From assembly GCA_964016885.1 (NCBI GenBank), contig OZ024740.1, positions 194,866,001 to 194,930,000 on the forward strand: a stretch of DNA of 64,000 nucleotides, given 5' to 3'. Origin of the DNA: Eledone cirrhosa. Taxonomy: Eukaryota. Within the stretch, counting starts at the first letter, position 1, and each line of letters begins with the position of its first letter. Below are positions 39,235-51,900 of the stretch, piece by piece. The notes under the pieces were generated by a model. That model searched no databases and was not told where the DNA came from. It worked only from the letters and a program-made list of their open reading frames with translations. Position numbers and translations under genes: made by a program.

Positions 39235-40203
39235 GATGCACATTTACATTTTCTGTCTACCAAATTCCGCTCACAAGGCATTGGTCACCCAAGGCTGAAC
39301 CCAGTACCACATGATCGCAAAGCAAATTCCTGAACTGCAGAGCTGTATATACATATTCATATATATGGGGAGAGAGAGAGATTGAGAGAGAAGGGGGGGG
39401 GGAGAAGGAGAGAGGAGGAGAGGAGTTAAAAGAGAGTTAGAAGAGGCAAAAGAAAGTGAGGAGAGTGAGAAAGACTGGTAAATGCTGCTAGTTATACAAT
39501 AATCAAATTTGTTTCTAATATGATATTTTAAGTTGGCTCCCACAGCACTAACTACATGCACACATGCACACACCCACACATAAATGCATACACACATACA
39601 TTCATACATATATATACATACATACACACACACACATACTCACACACATACATGCATGCATACACACACATACATACACATATACATACATACATACACA
39701 CACATACATACACACACACATACATACATACACTCATACACACTAAAATACATACATAAACACACACATACATACATACTCACATACATACATTCACACG
39801 GACATACACACGTACATATATACATGTAGATGATAACCAAATAGAAAGAAAATACAAGATAAATTAAAGAAGAAAAATAAAGGCTGAGAGAAGCAAGTTA
39901 CATGGATGCTGGACAGAAACCAAAGGCAACATTCCAATCTCATTTGACGTATACAAAACACATGAGCATACATACATAAATACATACATATATACATACA
40001 TGCATGCATGCATACATACATACATGCATGCATACATACCTACATATATACATACATATATACATATAATATACACATACATACATAAATATATACATAT
40101 ATATACATACATGCATACATATATACTTAAATATATGATGGCTGCCCCCTCGTTATCAAGTATGGCCATTGCACGATATACCACTATTAATAATTATTAT
40201 ACA

Positions 40204-40391
40204 GGCGGTGAATTGGCAGTATCGGTAGAGGGTCGGACACCATGATTTCCAGCATAGTTACGTCCCTTTACGATCTGTGTTCAAATCCCGTCGAGGTTAA
40301 CTTTGCCTTTCATCCTTACGGGGTCGATAAAATAAAGTACCAGTAATGCACTGGGTAATTGCTGACCTTGTGCCAAAAGTAGAAACAATTA
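40204..40391 (+). mobile_element. tRNA-derived SINE
   Basis: Same family; ATTAATAATTATTA-like target duplication. Confidence 0.9.
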
Positions 40392-40424
40392 TTAATAATT
40401 ATTAATTAATTCTATCGTGCAATG

Positions 40425-40878
40425 CCTGTGCGTGAAGATATTTTTGAAAGTGAGGAAAGACTGTGCACTGAGCCAATCCCACTCTCTGGGCGACAGTAGC
40501 TATAACCCGAAAAGAACAAAAGATCAACATCATCAGTAACTACTGAGCCGCAGGTTTTATATCGGAGTTATCCCAGTTTCCTGAGTTGCCTTCTCCTAGA
40601 AGAATGCCCTGACAAAGGCTTGGGGTCCTTCACTCCCAGTGGTTTAACCGTGCGGTTCATGTGTATCTACATATTTACACACTTTTGGATGGCCATTGAC
40701 TCTTATGAGTTCTTCTGCCCTTTGTCAGGTTTTGCATTTTGTCCTGCAGGGTGTCCAAAAGCACGCTCCTCACTGAGTAAACTTGGTGGGGTTGCCGGTT
40801 TAGTTGCCGACGACTCGACCATGCGACAGGTTGTTCTGGGTTACATGTTACCAGTAGCACTCAAGAGTGACCCGACTT
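40425..40878 (-). mobile_element. RTE-like 5'UTR fragment adjoining (CATA)n
   Basis: Homologous to 25485-25760. Confidence 0.6.
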
Positions 40879-41053
40879 AAATACATACATACATGCATAC
40901 ATACATAAATGCATACATACATGCATGCATACATACATACACACATACATAGATACATGATGATGGCTGCCCCCTCGTTATCGAGTATGGCCATTGCACG
41001 AGGAGAAAAAAAAAAAATTAATAAATAAATAAAAAAGAAAATAAAAAAAAGAA

Positions 41054-41087
<34 letters not shown>

Positions 41088-41268
41088 ATATACATATATA
41101 CACACATATATATATACACACATACATATACATTAATAACAATAATAATAATAATAGTAACAACAATAATAATAACGACAACAACAATAATAATATACAT
41201 ATACATATATATATATACACATACACGCACACACATAAGCATATCTATACACACACACACGATAGCAA

Positions 41269-41790
41269 CTAACAGCGCTGCGATCGAATGTGGCTTTTTA
41301 GCCCAGCCAATGATCTAAAATGTCTTTCACAGAGTCGGCAACCAAAACATTCACTGGGAATAGTCGGCTGTGGTTGGAGTTCATGTACTTTTGCATGTCG
41401 CTTGAGCCCTCCTGCTGATTTACATTCTCTACCACATGCTTGGCAAGCATGATGAGTAGCATCTCCAACAGCAGCCTGGTACTCAACCACTGGTCTTACT
41501 TTATGACTGCGAAGATGACTTTCGAGTCCAGCTTTGCTTAGGCAGAGTCTTGCACAGACACTGCATGTCAGCACCATAGGAGGACCCTCGCCGTCTGGAA
41601 GTGCAACAGCAATGCCCTTCCTCACATCCCGCTTTACTTTCTCATATGCGATTCGAGATGCCTCAAAGGCAACTTTTCCCTCATATACAGTCTTTCTCCA
41701 TTTATTACGATCAGCAGCAATATTTTCCCATGTATCAGCAGAGATGTTAGCGTCTTTCAAAGAGGCTTTCAAGGAATCCTTATACCTCTT
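41269..41790 (-). mobile_element. RTE-clade ORF C-terminus with three C2H2 zinc fingers
   Basis: RYKDSLKASLK..WE.IAADRNKWR; CSVC..SKAGLESHLRSH, CQAC..SAGGLKRHAKVH, CRLC..SLAGLKSHIRS; likely 3' terminus at 40958-41003. Confidence 0.85.
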
Positions 41791-42390
41791 TTACATAGAT
41801 ACATACATACATACATACATACAAAAACAACAACAAAGTAATAGACTTAAACTGAGCATATTTGGACATTCTATAACTCAACAAGAAATTTTGCAAACTA
41901 AATTCTGTGTACATACATATGTATGCATGTACACACACACACACACTTGTATGTAAATGTGTGTGTGTGTGTGTACATGTATGAGTCATATAAACACATA
42001 CACTCATACATGTACACACACACATACACATATATGAGTCTATGTGTTTATATGACTCATTCATACATGTATACATAGGCTCATACACATGTACACATAG
42101 ACTAATACATACATCTACACACACATATCTGTATAAGCACCATCATTTAACATCCATTTTCCCTTCCCTACTTGCAGAGTTTAGATGGGTTTTCCCAGAC
42201 TGTGATGGTTTTTATGTGGGGACCTGCATCTCATTTATATGTGGTCCTGCATTCTACCACCTGCATTTTATGATGATACCAGCAGTAGGGAGGTTTTAAT
42301 GTCTTTGACATGACTGAAGTGTCATCCCAATCCTTTCTTTGGCAACCTTTCTATGACTGGATGCCCTTCCTATCATCAATCACTTTACAG

Positions 42391-42590
42391 CAGACATGTC
42401 AAAAATGCGGCCCTTTACAAGCAAACCTGTGGCCCACACAAAGGTTTTTACAGCGCAAGCATGTTTTATCTTTGTAATATAAAATAAAAAAATTAGTTTT
42501 AATGTGCACAATTAGTTGTCGTGTGTGGCCCTCAGACAACACATATGTGACTCATGTGGCCTTCAGGGGACCCTCAGTTTAACATGCCTG
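42391..42590. mobile_element. hAT-type MITE
   Basis: TIR CAGACATGTCAAA / TTTAACATGCCTG with an exact 8-bp TSD CTTTACAG (42383-42390, 42591-42598). Confidence 0.85.
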
Positions 42591-42866
42591 CTTTACAGCA
42601 TGTATTGGGTGCGTTTATTGTGTAGATCACCAACACTAGAGTTGGCACAACTGGAGGGTCCTCATATCCCTTTTTGGTATGGTTCCTATCGTAAAGTGCC
42701 CTTTCTATCACCAACAACTTTACAGGGTGTACTGGGTACATTTCCATGACACAAGCAGCAGAAAGGCTGTCAGTTATTGTCCCAACTGAAGACTCCAAAT
42801 TAAAATGACATATTATATTTATTACAGTCACTTTTAGAGCAGTCAGTCATTAATTATGAAAACATT

Positions 42867-43055
42867 AGTGGATTGGCAGTATCGGTAGAGAAACGGACAC
42901 CATACTTTGCAGCATAGAGTTACGGTCCTTTATGGTCTGAGTTCAAATCCCGCTGAAGTTAACTTTGCCTTTCATCCTTACGGAGTCGATAAAATAAAGT
43001 ACCAGTAATACACAGCAGGATATTTGCTGACCTTTGCCAAAAATAGAAACAATTA
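42867..43055 (+). mobile_element. tRNA-derived SINE with TSD ATTAATTATGAARACATT
   Basis: A and B boxes; flanking duplication. Confidence 0.88.
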
Positions 43056-43433
43056 ATTATGAAGACATTTCCCATTACATTAAATGGAATGATATAGAAT
43101 TTCATATTCATAATAGGTACGTTTAATGACTTTTAACATTCAAAACCTTTAAAATTATTTATTCTAACAAATATCTTTCAGTGGCATGGGAGTCAGGGTG
43201 GAAATGGTCATTTCAATTTTTTGACAGGACTGTGTGTGGGAAAAATAGTAAAATTTTGTACATTCTAAATTTTTTTTCATCGTATATAACAGAAGGAAAC
43301 TAATACTGTAAATATTATTGATGGCAACACTTATAACAATGATGTTGATGATGGCAATGAAAGACAAATGACCATGTTGTTGTTGTTCAGGGGTCTATAG
43401 TGATGATAATGACTTTCATTATCATATTGGTTA

Positions 43434-43658
43434 CAGTTACTTTTAGAGCAGTCAGTCATTAATTATGAAGACATTGGTGGATTGGCAGTATTGGTAGAGG
43501 GTCGGACGCCATGCTTTGATGCATAGAGTTACGGCCCTTGCCCTTCTGAGTTCAAATCCTGCCGAGGTTAACTTTGCCTTTCATCCTTATGGGGTCGATA
43601 AAATAAAGTACCAGTAATGCACTGGGTAATTGCTGGCCTTGTGCCAAAAGTAGAAACA
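43434..43658 (+). mobile_element. tRNA-derived SINE with a 42-bp 5' extension
   Basis: TSD ATTATCATATTGGTTA at 43418-43433 and 43659-43674. Confidence 0.88.
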
Positions 43659-43935
43659 ATTATCATATTGGTTATGATGGTTATAGTAATGATGATGATG
43701 AGGGTAGGAGGAAAAAAACTACAACAAAAATAACAACAACAATAACAACAATCATATCATCATCATTATTATTACCAACAACAACAACAAGAAAAAAAGA
43801 ACAGAGAAAAAATTCCAATGAATAGAAGAATGAAAAAGAGAAGTGCAACAACTAAAAAAACAGTTGCACAATATGTGTATGTATGTGAATATATGTGTGT
43901 GTGTGTGTATATATGTATATATATATATATGTGTA

Positions 43936-44027
<92 letters not shown>

Positions 44028-44123
44028 GATATAAGTGTGTGTGTGTCTGTGTCTGTATGCATGTGTATGTGTATATCCATTACACATACACACACACCAC
44101 ACACCCTCACCCATACATACACA

Positions 44124-44173
<50 letters not shown>

Positions 44174-44679
44174 TTGTTATGCATGTAAGTAATTTTGTTA
44201 CCAACAATCATTTTTTTTCCTACTTCTCTCTCTCTCTCTCTCTCTCTTCATCTCACATACTCACTATTTCTCTACAGTGCACTTCTTCACTCACCCTAAG
44301 CCCCTCCCCCCCCCCCTATACTACCACTGCTACCACTGCTACCACTACACCACCATCCATCACTCTTTTCTTCTTCAGTTGCAGAAAAGTAATTCACAAG
44401 TTAATCCTTTTAAAAGAAGATCTGGACCCTGCACTCTCGAACCACATGCCTCAATGATATGTATTCAAACAAATCTAAATCAATAAAAGAACACATTTGT
44501 CTGCTCTGCTTCAATTACTGGAAGTTCGTGGTGGTGGTGTGTGGAGGTGGTGGTGGTGTGTGGAGGTGGTGGTGTGTGGAGGTGGAGGTGGTGGTGGTGG
44601 TGGTGGTGGTGGTGGTGTACACATACATACATACATACATTACCATCATTGTTTTACATAAATACTGATACCCAAGTAC

Positions 44680-44694
44680 ATCTACATATATGTA

Positions 44695-44739
<45 letters not shown>

Positions 44740-44743
44740 ATGC

Positions 44744-44781
<38 letters not shown>

Positions 44782-44836
44782 ATGCATATATATATGCATA
44801 TATATATATATGTATATATATAAACATATATATATT

Positions 44837-44898
<62 letters not shown>

Positions 44899-44955
44899 TA
44901 TATATATATACACACATATATATATATATATATACACATATATATCATATATATA

Positions 44956-45024
<69 letters not shown>

Positions 45025-45302
45025 GCACACATTATATATATACATATATACATATATACATGTAAATATATATATACATATATATGCATATATGTATGTG
45101 TGTGTGTATGTAACTATATGCTTATATGAATGTATGCAAGTACATATACATGAATATATATATATATGCACATATATATGTAGACACACTCACATATTCA
45201 AATATACATGCCCTCACACCCACATACATATATATAAGTGTGAGTATATGTGTGCATAGGTGAGTGTATTTCTCATCATCATCGTGCTTATATATATATA
45301 TA
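44680..45302. repeat. (TA)n/(TG)n compound microsatellite
   Basis: Direct reading. Confidence 0.95.
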
Positions 45303-45350
45303 TACTCGAAATTAAGAGAAAGAGATAACATACATACATACATACATACA

Positions 45351-45652
45351 TGGTGGCTGCCAACTCGTTTTCGAGTATGGCCACTACTTTATATCCATGT
45401 AGGAGAACCCCTACCGATGCGCTGAACGAGTGTGTCTTTTTAGTCCAGCCAGCGACTTGAAAACTCTGGTACAAACACTACACTTGTGACAATTATTGAC
45501 ACATAGTGCTGGGCCCATGGTACCATGTGACGACAAGTGCAGAGAGGTCTCCAGATATAAAGCAATGCCTGTGCCGTGAAGCTTTTATAGTGAGCAAAGG
45601 CACTGCACAAAGCCAGTCCCACTCTCTTAACCAAGATGATATTTACCAAAAA
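45351..45652 (-). mobile_element. Zinc-finger RTE 3' end in (CATA)n
   Basis: Encodes CHKCSVCTRVFKSLAGLKRHTRSAHR*; homologous to 25795-26094. Confidence 0.75.
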
Positions 45653-45699
45653 AATACATACATACATACATACATACATACATACATACATACATACAT

Positions 45700-46519
45700 A
45701 AAACACAGACCATAGAGGGGATAAACCACTCAAAAGCCTGGCATGGAGTTCCGACAAGTTTATGACATCACACCTTGAGGGATATCTCTATGCAATATAG
45801 GAACAAGAACTCCCTACCAAATATCTGCTGCACAAAAGAGGAGGGCCAGCAGCTGACAATAAATGTAGGCTATGTAAAACAAAGATCGAGGATGTAAGCC
45901 ACATTGTTGCCAGCTGCGAAAGAATGTCATCTCGCTACTACCTCCCCATGAGACACGATGGGATAGCTAAAACCATCTGGAATGCACTTCGGAAAACAAA
46001 ATTAACAACAAACGAGGAAGAATATATTGAGACAGATGGCACTAAGGAATACTGGTGGAACCTGAAAATAAAAACTGCCACCAAATTAAAGCACAACCGG
46101 CCTGATATTGTTGTTTGGGACCACACATTGAAAACGTGTTCTGTTGTGGAGATCAGCTGCCCACTTGATGTAAACGTTGTCAGAAAAATACAGGAGAAGG
46201 AGGACATCTACGGACCATTGATGAGGAGTTTACAAATCCAGTATCGAAGATACACCTTTAGCTTCATACCCATCATTATTGGAGCTACGGGTTATATACC
46301 AACCTGCTTCGACCAAAGTATGACTGAACTTGGCTTTGCGGACAAAAAGCCCAGCTCCCTAATTCATAGTCTACAAATGACTGCGATAGCTGGCACCTTC
46401 AAAATTTGCAAAACATTCTTGCGATTCAAGGGATGACAATTTCTTTTCTTTTACAACCTTGCCACCAGGAAGGTGGCCGGTCAAAAAAAAAAATACTAGA
46501 AATTAAGAGAAAGAGATAA
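45700..46519 (+). mobile_element. 5'-truncated copy of the R4/Dong-like element (CCHC and RLE)
   Basis: Near-identical to 21276-22095; (CATA)n on both sides. Confidence 0.92.
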
Positions 46520-46549
46520 CATACATACATACATACATACATACATACA

Positions 46550-46580
<31 letters not shown>

Positions 46581-47010
46581 TCATACACATCTATTCATCC
46601 TAATTTATTGATTGGTCCAATTCATGTTTTTCATATTTCTAAAACACATAAATTCTTCTCTATATATATCTTTTCAGTGTGGTAGTTGTTATTTAGAAAT
46701 ATAAGCATGTAGAAGTAGTACAACATTTTGCTTCAGGACAACTATACACGACTGTCCTTCACATCTCTCATTTTGTATTATTTGCACACTGCAAGGCATT
46801 ACAAATATCAGAAAGTCTACAAGCCCTATGGCAACTTCAATGTCTGGTATTTACTGCAGAATATTGAGTTTCAAATGAGTTTTATTTTATATTTCTTTTA
46901 CTTCTTTGTTACTGTTAAAGTTTTTGAAGAAAAAAAAATCTATATATGCACTTGATTATTTTTTTTATTGCTTGCTCTGCTGTACTATGAATATTATTTC
47001 ATTACTGTAC

Positions 47011-47124
47011 TGAGTTCAAATCCCGCCGAGGTTGAATTTGCCTTTCATCTTACGGGGTCGATAAAATAAAGTACCAGTAATGCACTGGGTAATTGCTGGC
47101 CTTGTGCCTAAAGTAGAAACAATT
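47011..47124 (+). mobile_element. 5'-truncated tRNA-SINE
   Basis: Starts at the B box; TSD ATTATTTCATTACTGTACT. Confidence 0.85.
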
Positions 47125-47574
47125 ATTTCATTACTGTACTTCTTTAGTTTCTTTGTATTTTTTTTTTTGTAGATGCTTCAACCTGCCCCTTTTATTTTGT
47201 CCTAGCTACAACAGTTTCCCTTACAGGATGATTTGGCTCTAACAATGTTTTTTGACAAAATATGTATATGCCCATGTCTTGCCCTAGTATTTATCACATT
47301 TCAATTCAAGGTTCACTTGATTTTGCATTGATGTGGCCAAAATATTGTTTTAATTGATACAACTCGCCATACATTGCAGGCCTATAACCATTAGCCAAGG
47401 TGAAAAGACAATATTTCCCCCCCCCCTCACCCACCCACGCCCACACACCCCAAAAAAGCCAGAAATGGGAATTAAATTTGAATACAAGGAGACTGAATAC
47501 ATACTGCAAGGCATTTCATCTTATGCTCTAACAATTATTCCATCAATCCAATGATATGGACTGGTACTTTACTT

Positions 47575-47880
47575 GGTATGGTCCCATAACTCCCACACAG
47601 TGCATCTTGGGCATTTTAAATCTGGCAGAGCTCATCCATCCCCAAACCTGAGTACAGGAGATTCCTTCAAGAGAAGGATAGAAAGTGGGAGAGAGGAAAT
47701 AAAAAAGAGATATAGAGGAAGGATTGACCCCAGTACTAGACTGGTACTTTTTTATTAACCTTGAAAGGATGAAAGGCAAAGTTGATCGCAGCAGGATTTG
47801 AACTCAGACAGCAAAGAGCCAGAACAAATACCAGAAAGTACTCAATTCAACATTCTAATAACTCTGCTAATTCACTGCCT
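47575..47880 (-). mobile_element. Older SINE subfamily with extended tail (also 53355-53660 minus and 60790-61085 plus)
   Basis: Shared GGGCATTTTAA..GGC.GAGC..ATCC...CCCCAGTACTAG.CTG segment joined to the SINE head. Confidence 0.65.
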
Positions 47881-48649
47881 TTACTTATCAACTGAAAGGA
47901 CAAAAGGTAAAGCTGACTTTCATAGGATTAAAACTTAAACTTTAGTGAGCCGGAACAAATACTGCAAGGCATTCTATCTGATGATGTATAACCTTTAACC
48001 ATAACACTAAAAACTAGTATAAGTAGTTTTAATTGTATTTCTGTAGCACCCTATAGCTATGAACTGCACCTTCCCTATAAGTAATGAGCCAACGAAAGAG
48101 CCTATATGTTGTTGCTTGAAATGCTAAAAGTAGTATTCTACCTCAAATCAGACTTTGCCAACTTCACTTAGGAAAGAATACATCAGATAATGTCCTAGTT
48201 ACTAAAGAAACTATAGTAGCCAGGACATTAATGTATATATATAAAGACTTACTTTATATATTCCTATATATTGTTATAAGACTATAGTTTTATAAGTCCT
48301 TTAGTTTCTCCTAGGAAATGGAGAGACCATGACTCAAATGCCTTCAATCAATGGTTTGATCAATTAAGTTTGACCTATAACTATTATCCAGAAAGCAAAT
48401 AAGATCACAACTGCAAAGTGTCAACATTGGACTCTAGCTCGGAGAGAGAAGTTGGTTTAATAAAAAGGCAAGGCCCATAAACATTACTCTAAATTTGACA
48501 TAGTTTGCCTGTCATCTGATTCTGGAAGAACCACCAACACTAATTACAAGTCAAGATGTCCTTTATGTCGTCATTCAATTTGCTAAATACAGTAGCCAAA
48601 TCTCCCTCAAGTTTAAGATTAATAACTCATAATAGAATGCAGTGGATAA

Positions 48650-48900
48650 TGTTTAATCTAATTTGCTATCTAGGGATCTCATCAGTAATGGAGGTGTTGT
48701 AGCCAGAGTGAGAACTGTGTAAAAGTTCTGGGAGGTGTTATCTCTGATGGCAATAAAAGCCTTCTCTTTCAGAGTGAATGGCAGATTATATGATTTTATG
48801 TTCACACTGCTATGTTGCATGACAATGAGACATGCACCCTCAGTGCAGAAAATTTATAGCAGCTAAAAATAAAATGAAGCATGCATGCTTCCTTAGAAAT
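48650..48900 (+). mobile_element. Highly decayed RTE RT fragment
   Basis: Homologous to 2575-2840 (GCTATCTAGG...GGCAGATTATATGA). Confidence 0.7.
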
Positions 48901-51900
48901 GTATTGACACGTAGACCACAGCAAGATTTGAATGCAAAGATCTGGAACAAATACCACAACGTATGTTGTCCAACACTAAAAATTCTGTCAATCCACTGAC
49001 CTAGACTCATACTTTATTCTATCAACCTTGAAAGGATGAAAAGAAAAGTTTTCTTAAGCTGGATTTGAACTCAATGAGCAAAGAGCCAGAACAAATACTG
49101 CAAACATTTTGTTTTATGCTCTTACCTCTCTACTAATTCACCACCATTGACTCCATGTTTACAAATAAAAAAACATAACTCTTTATTAACTCTATTAGGT
49201 CTTAAAACTTAGAGCCACAAGCTACAAAACCAGTTTTCAATTATCAACATCCACGACTAAAATGCTAAACTGCATTGCATTATCACAGCTCGATATTTGT
49301 TTGTATTGATTAGTGTTGACTTTAGGGTTTTATCAAGCTTTCTTTTCCAGTCAAATCCTTGATAGTAGCATCATTGCATTTGTATTGGGCATATTATGAA
49401 GATTTGATTAGCACAATTTTTAGAAAATATTTTTTTTCTTGGTCAATAACCAATGTTCTCTCATATTTAATAGACCTTATGCATACAAATGTTATGATGT
49501 GCACATTTCCTTTTCTGGTTGGTGAAAAAAAAAATCCTACACATATTTGTGCTGAAAGTGTTAAGATAATATTAGCATATGTTTTCTGAAGTTATAAATT
49601 TGCATACTACTTTTTATCATGAACATGCAGTGTGTGGTTAACATGGTACTAAATTTGTTTGCTGTTATGAATCATACATGAATCATACACATGTTCAACA
49701 CAAGTATAGCTATTATATTTTCTCTATGTACTGGTTTCAAGCACACACACATATATATATATATGTACACACAGGTTTTCATATTTTAGAAGGAACATTA
49801 ATCATAACAATCTGATTCATTTTATAATTAGCTTCAAATCAATTTTGCCAAAGTTTTGTTATCTACAATTTGTGAAGCTCGTGTTTTTCTTTACGAACTG
49901 GGGTCAAATGAAATTCAGCACACTGACCCTTAAGTGCTAAAACTGACCAACCTTTGACAGAACTACTAGCTTACTTCCATTAACTTAGCCCTGATGTAAA
50001 TTTAAATTTCAGTTAACAAGATGCTTATTGGATGTTCTTCTCACTATGGAATCACCTCATTACACCAATTATCATAATTACATCTATAAAAAGTTAGAAA
50101 TAACAATCAAATTTTCCTCAAATCCCACTCTACCCTCTTAAAATTGATACAATATGCCAGAGAAAAAAATAATAACCCAACCAGGGTATTCATAGCCAAA
50201 ATGCCATTTTGAAAGTAACAATTTGTCATAGGAAACCATAGCTGCTGATTCGGAGTTGGTGGTTTGTAGATCACATCTAATTACTTAGATGACTATTTGT
50301 GTACCATAGGTTTTCTCCACCAGGGTTAATCTAGGGTACACAACAGCAACAATAACAACAATACAGTTACAACTTCAAATATTACCATATTGTGTATGTT
50401 AAGTATTACATCATTAAGATGATGAATTGGTAGAAATGTAGATTAGTGGGCAAAATAGCTAGCTGTATACATTTGCCATCTATGTTCAAATCATACTATG
50501 AGCAACTTTTTCTTCCATTTTTTTTTTCATAGTCAATAAATAAAATACTAGTCTAGAATGGTGACCTGGTTGAATCATTGGGGTGCTGGTTGGAATATCA
50601 TGCAATATTTGTTCTGCCTCTTTGTATTCTGAGTTCAAATCCTGCCATGGCCTGCCAACCATCATGTATGGGATTATGGCCCCATGATGTATACATCTGC
50701 AGTTAACCACGGTAAGAACCAGCTGTGCACAGATGGTACCTGATGATGATTCTATCAGAAGAAGTAGTAGAAATGATGTGACAGCTTGACAGCATATAAA
50801 AGTAATTATTCAGATACATACTTGTAAATCTAGCAGCAGATAAATTTATGAAGATTGAAACATTGGAGCAAAGTGATTGAGCACTGGTAAAGTTCAAGAG
50901 AACTAAAGAACAGCTTGAAGACAATTTCCATTAAGAATAGCAAGTAATGAACTGGCACTTCCAGCTGACAAGCAAGGGTAGTAGTTTTAATAATGTGAAG
51001 TCTTACAGCATTAAATATTTCAATTAGATGTGTATTTAAAAGATTCAAACAACTTGCACGAAAATCTAAGCTTTAATGGATTAGTATCATAATAAATATA
51101 AACCAAACTAAAGCCAAACATTTTCTTTCTTTGAACGTAATAATATACTGTGTATAAAAGAAAGGTGATAGGTAAATAAATTTATAAACCATCCTCTGAC
51201 TAACATATATAGTTAAAGAAATATTAATGGAAACATTGTTGACAACACAATAAAGATGAGGAAAATAGCCCAAAACTGAATGCCAGTAAAAACTCATCAT
51301 GGAAAAAATAGAGTAATATATTTTAGCTGAGTTATAAATGCTGAGTTATTAAGAGCAAGACATCCTTGTAAATAAAGTCCTGGTATAAATGTTCATATGT
51401 AATGTTTGAAACTGTTTCTTTCCTTATACTATCTGGGCAAATTCTTTGATTAGTGCTATGAGCTTGTTATGTAATTTTTATGGGAGAACATAAAGGTAGT
51501 TTCCTGTTGCCTTCCTTCAGATATTTCTTTTTTACATAACACTGTGTGTGAAGAGTGGGAAGAAACACTGCATAGTATTTTTCCAAAAGCTCTATCAATT
51601 CTTCCAATCCACCACCCTGGACTGATACTTTAGTTTCTCAACCCTGGAAGAATGAAAGACAAAGTTGACCTCAGCAGGATTACAACTCAGAATGCAAAAA
51701 GTGATTACAAATATGATGATGCATTTTGTTCAATGTTGTAAAGAATATGTCAATCTACCACCTTAAAATAACTATATAAATAAATAAATACAATTTTTTT
51801 AAAGTAGGAAAAAACTACTACCTGCATCTTATTGTGTATCTAGATAAACTCTTTCTATTACAATAACTTATTCTGATAAGAAGTCAGGTATGGGAATTAG

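Noticed and set aside
46737-46846. AG...GT-bounded candidate exon open in all frames
   Set aside because: No recognisable protein or partner exons.
50700-51000. Coding-looking unique sequence
   Set aside because: Stops interrupt the plus frames and the minus ORFs show no recognisable family.
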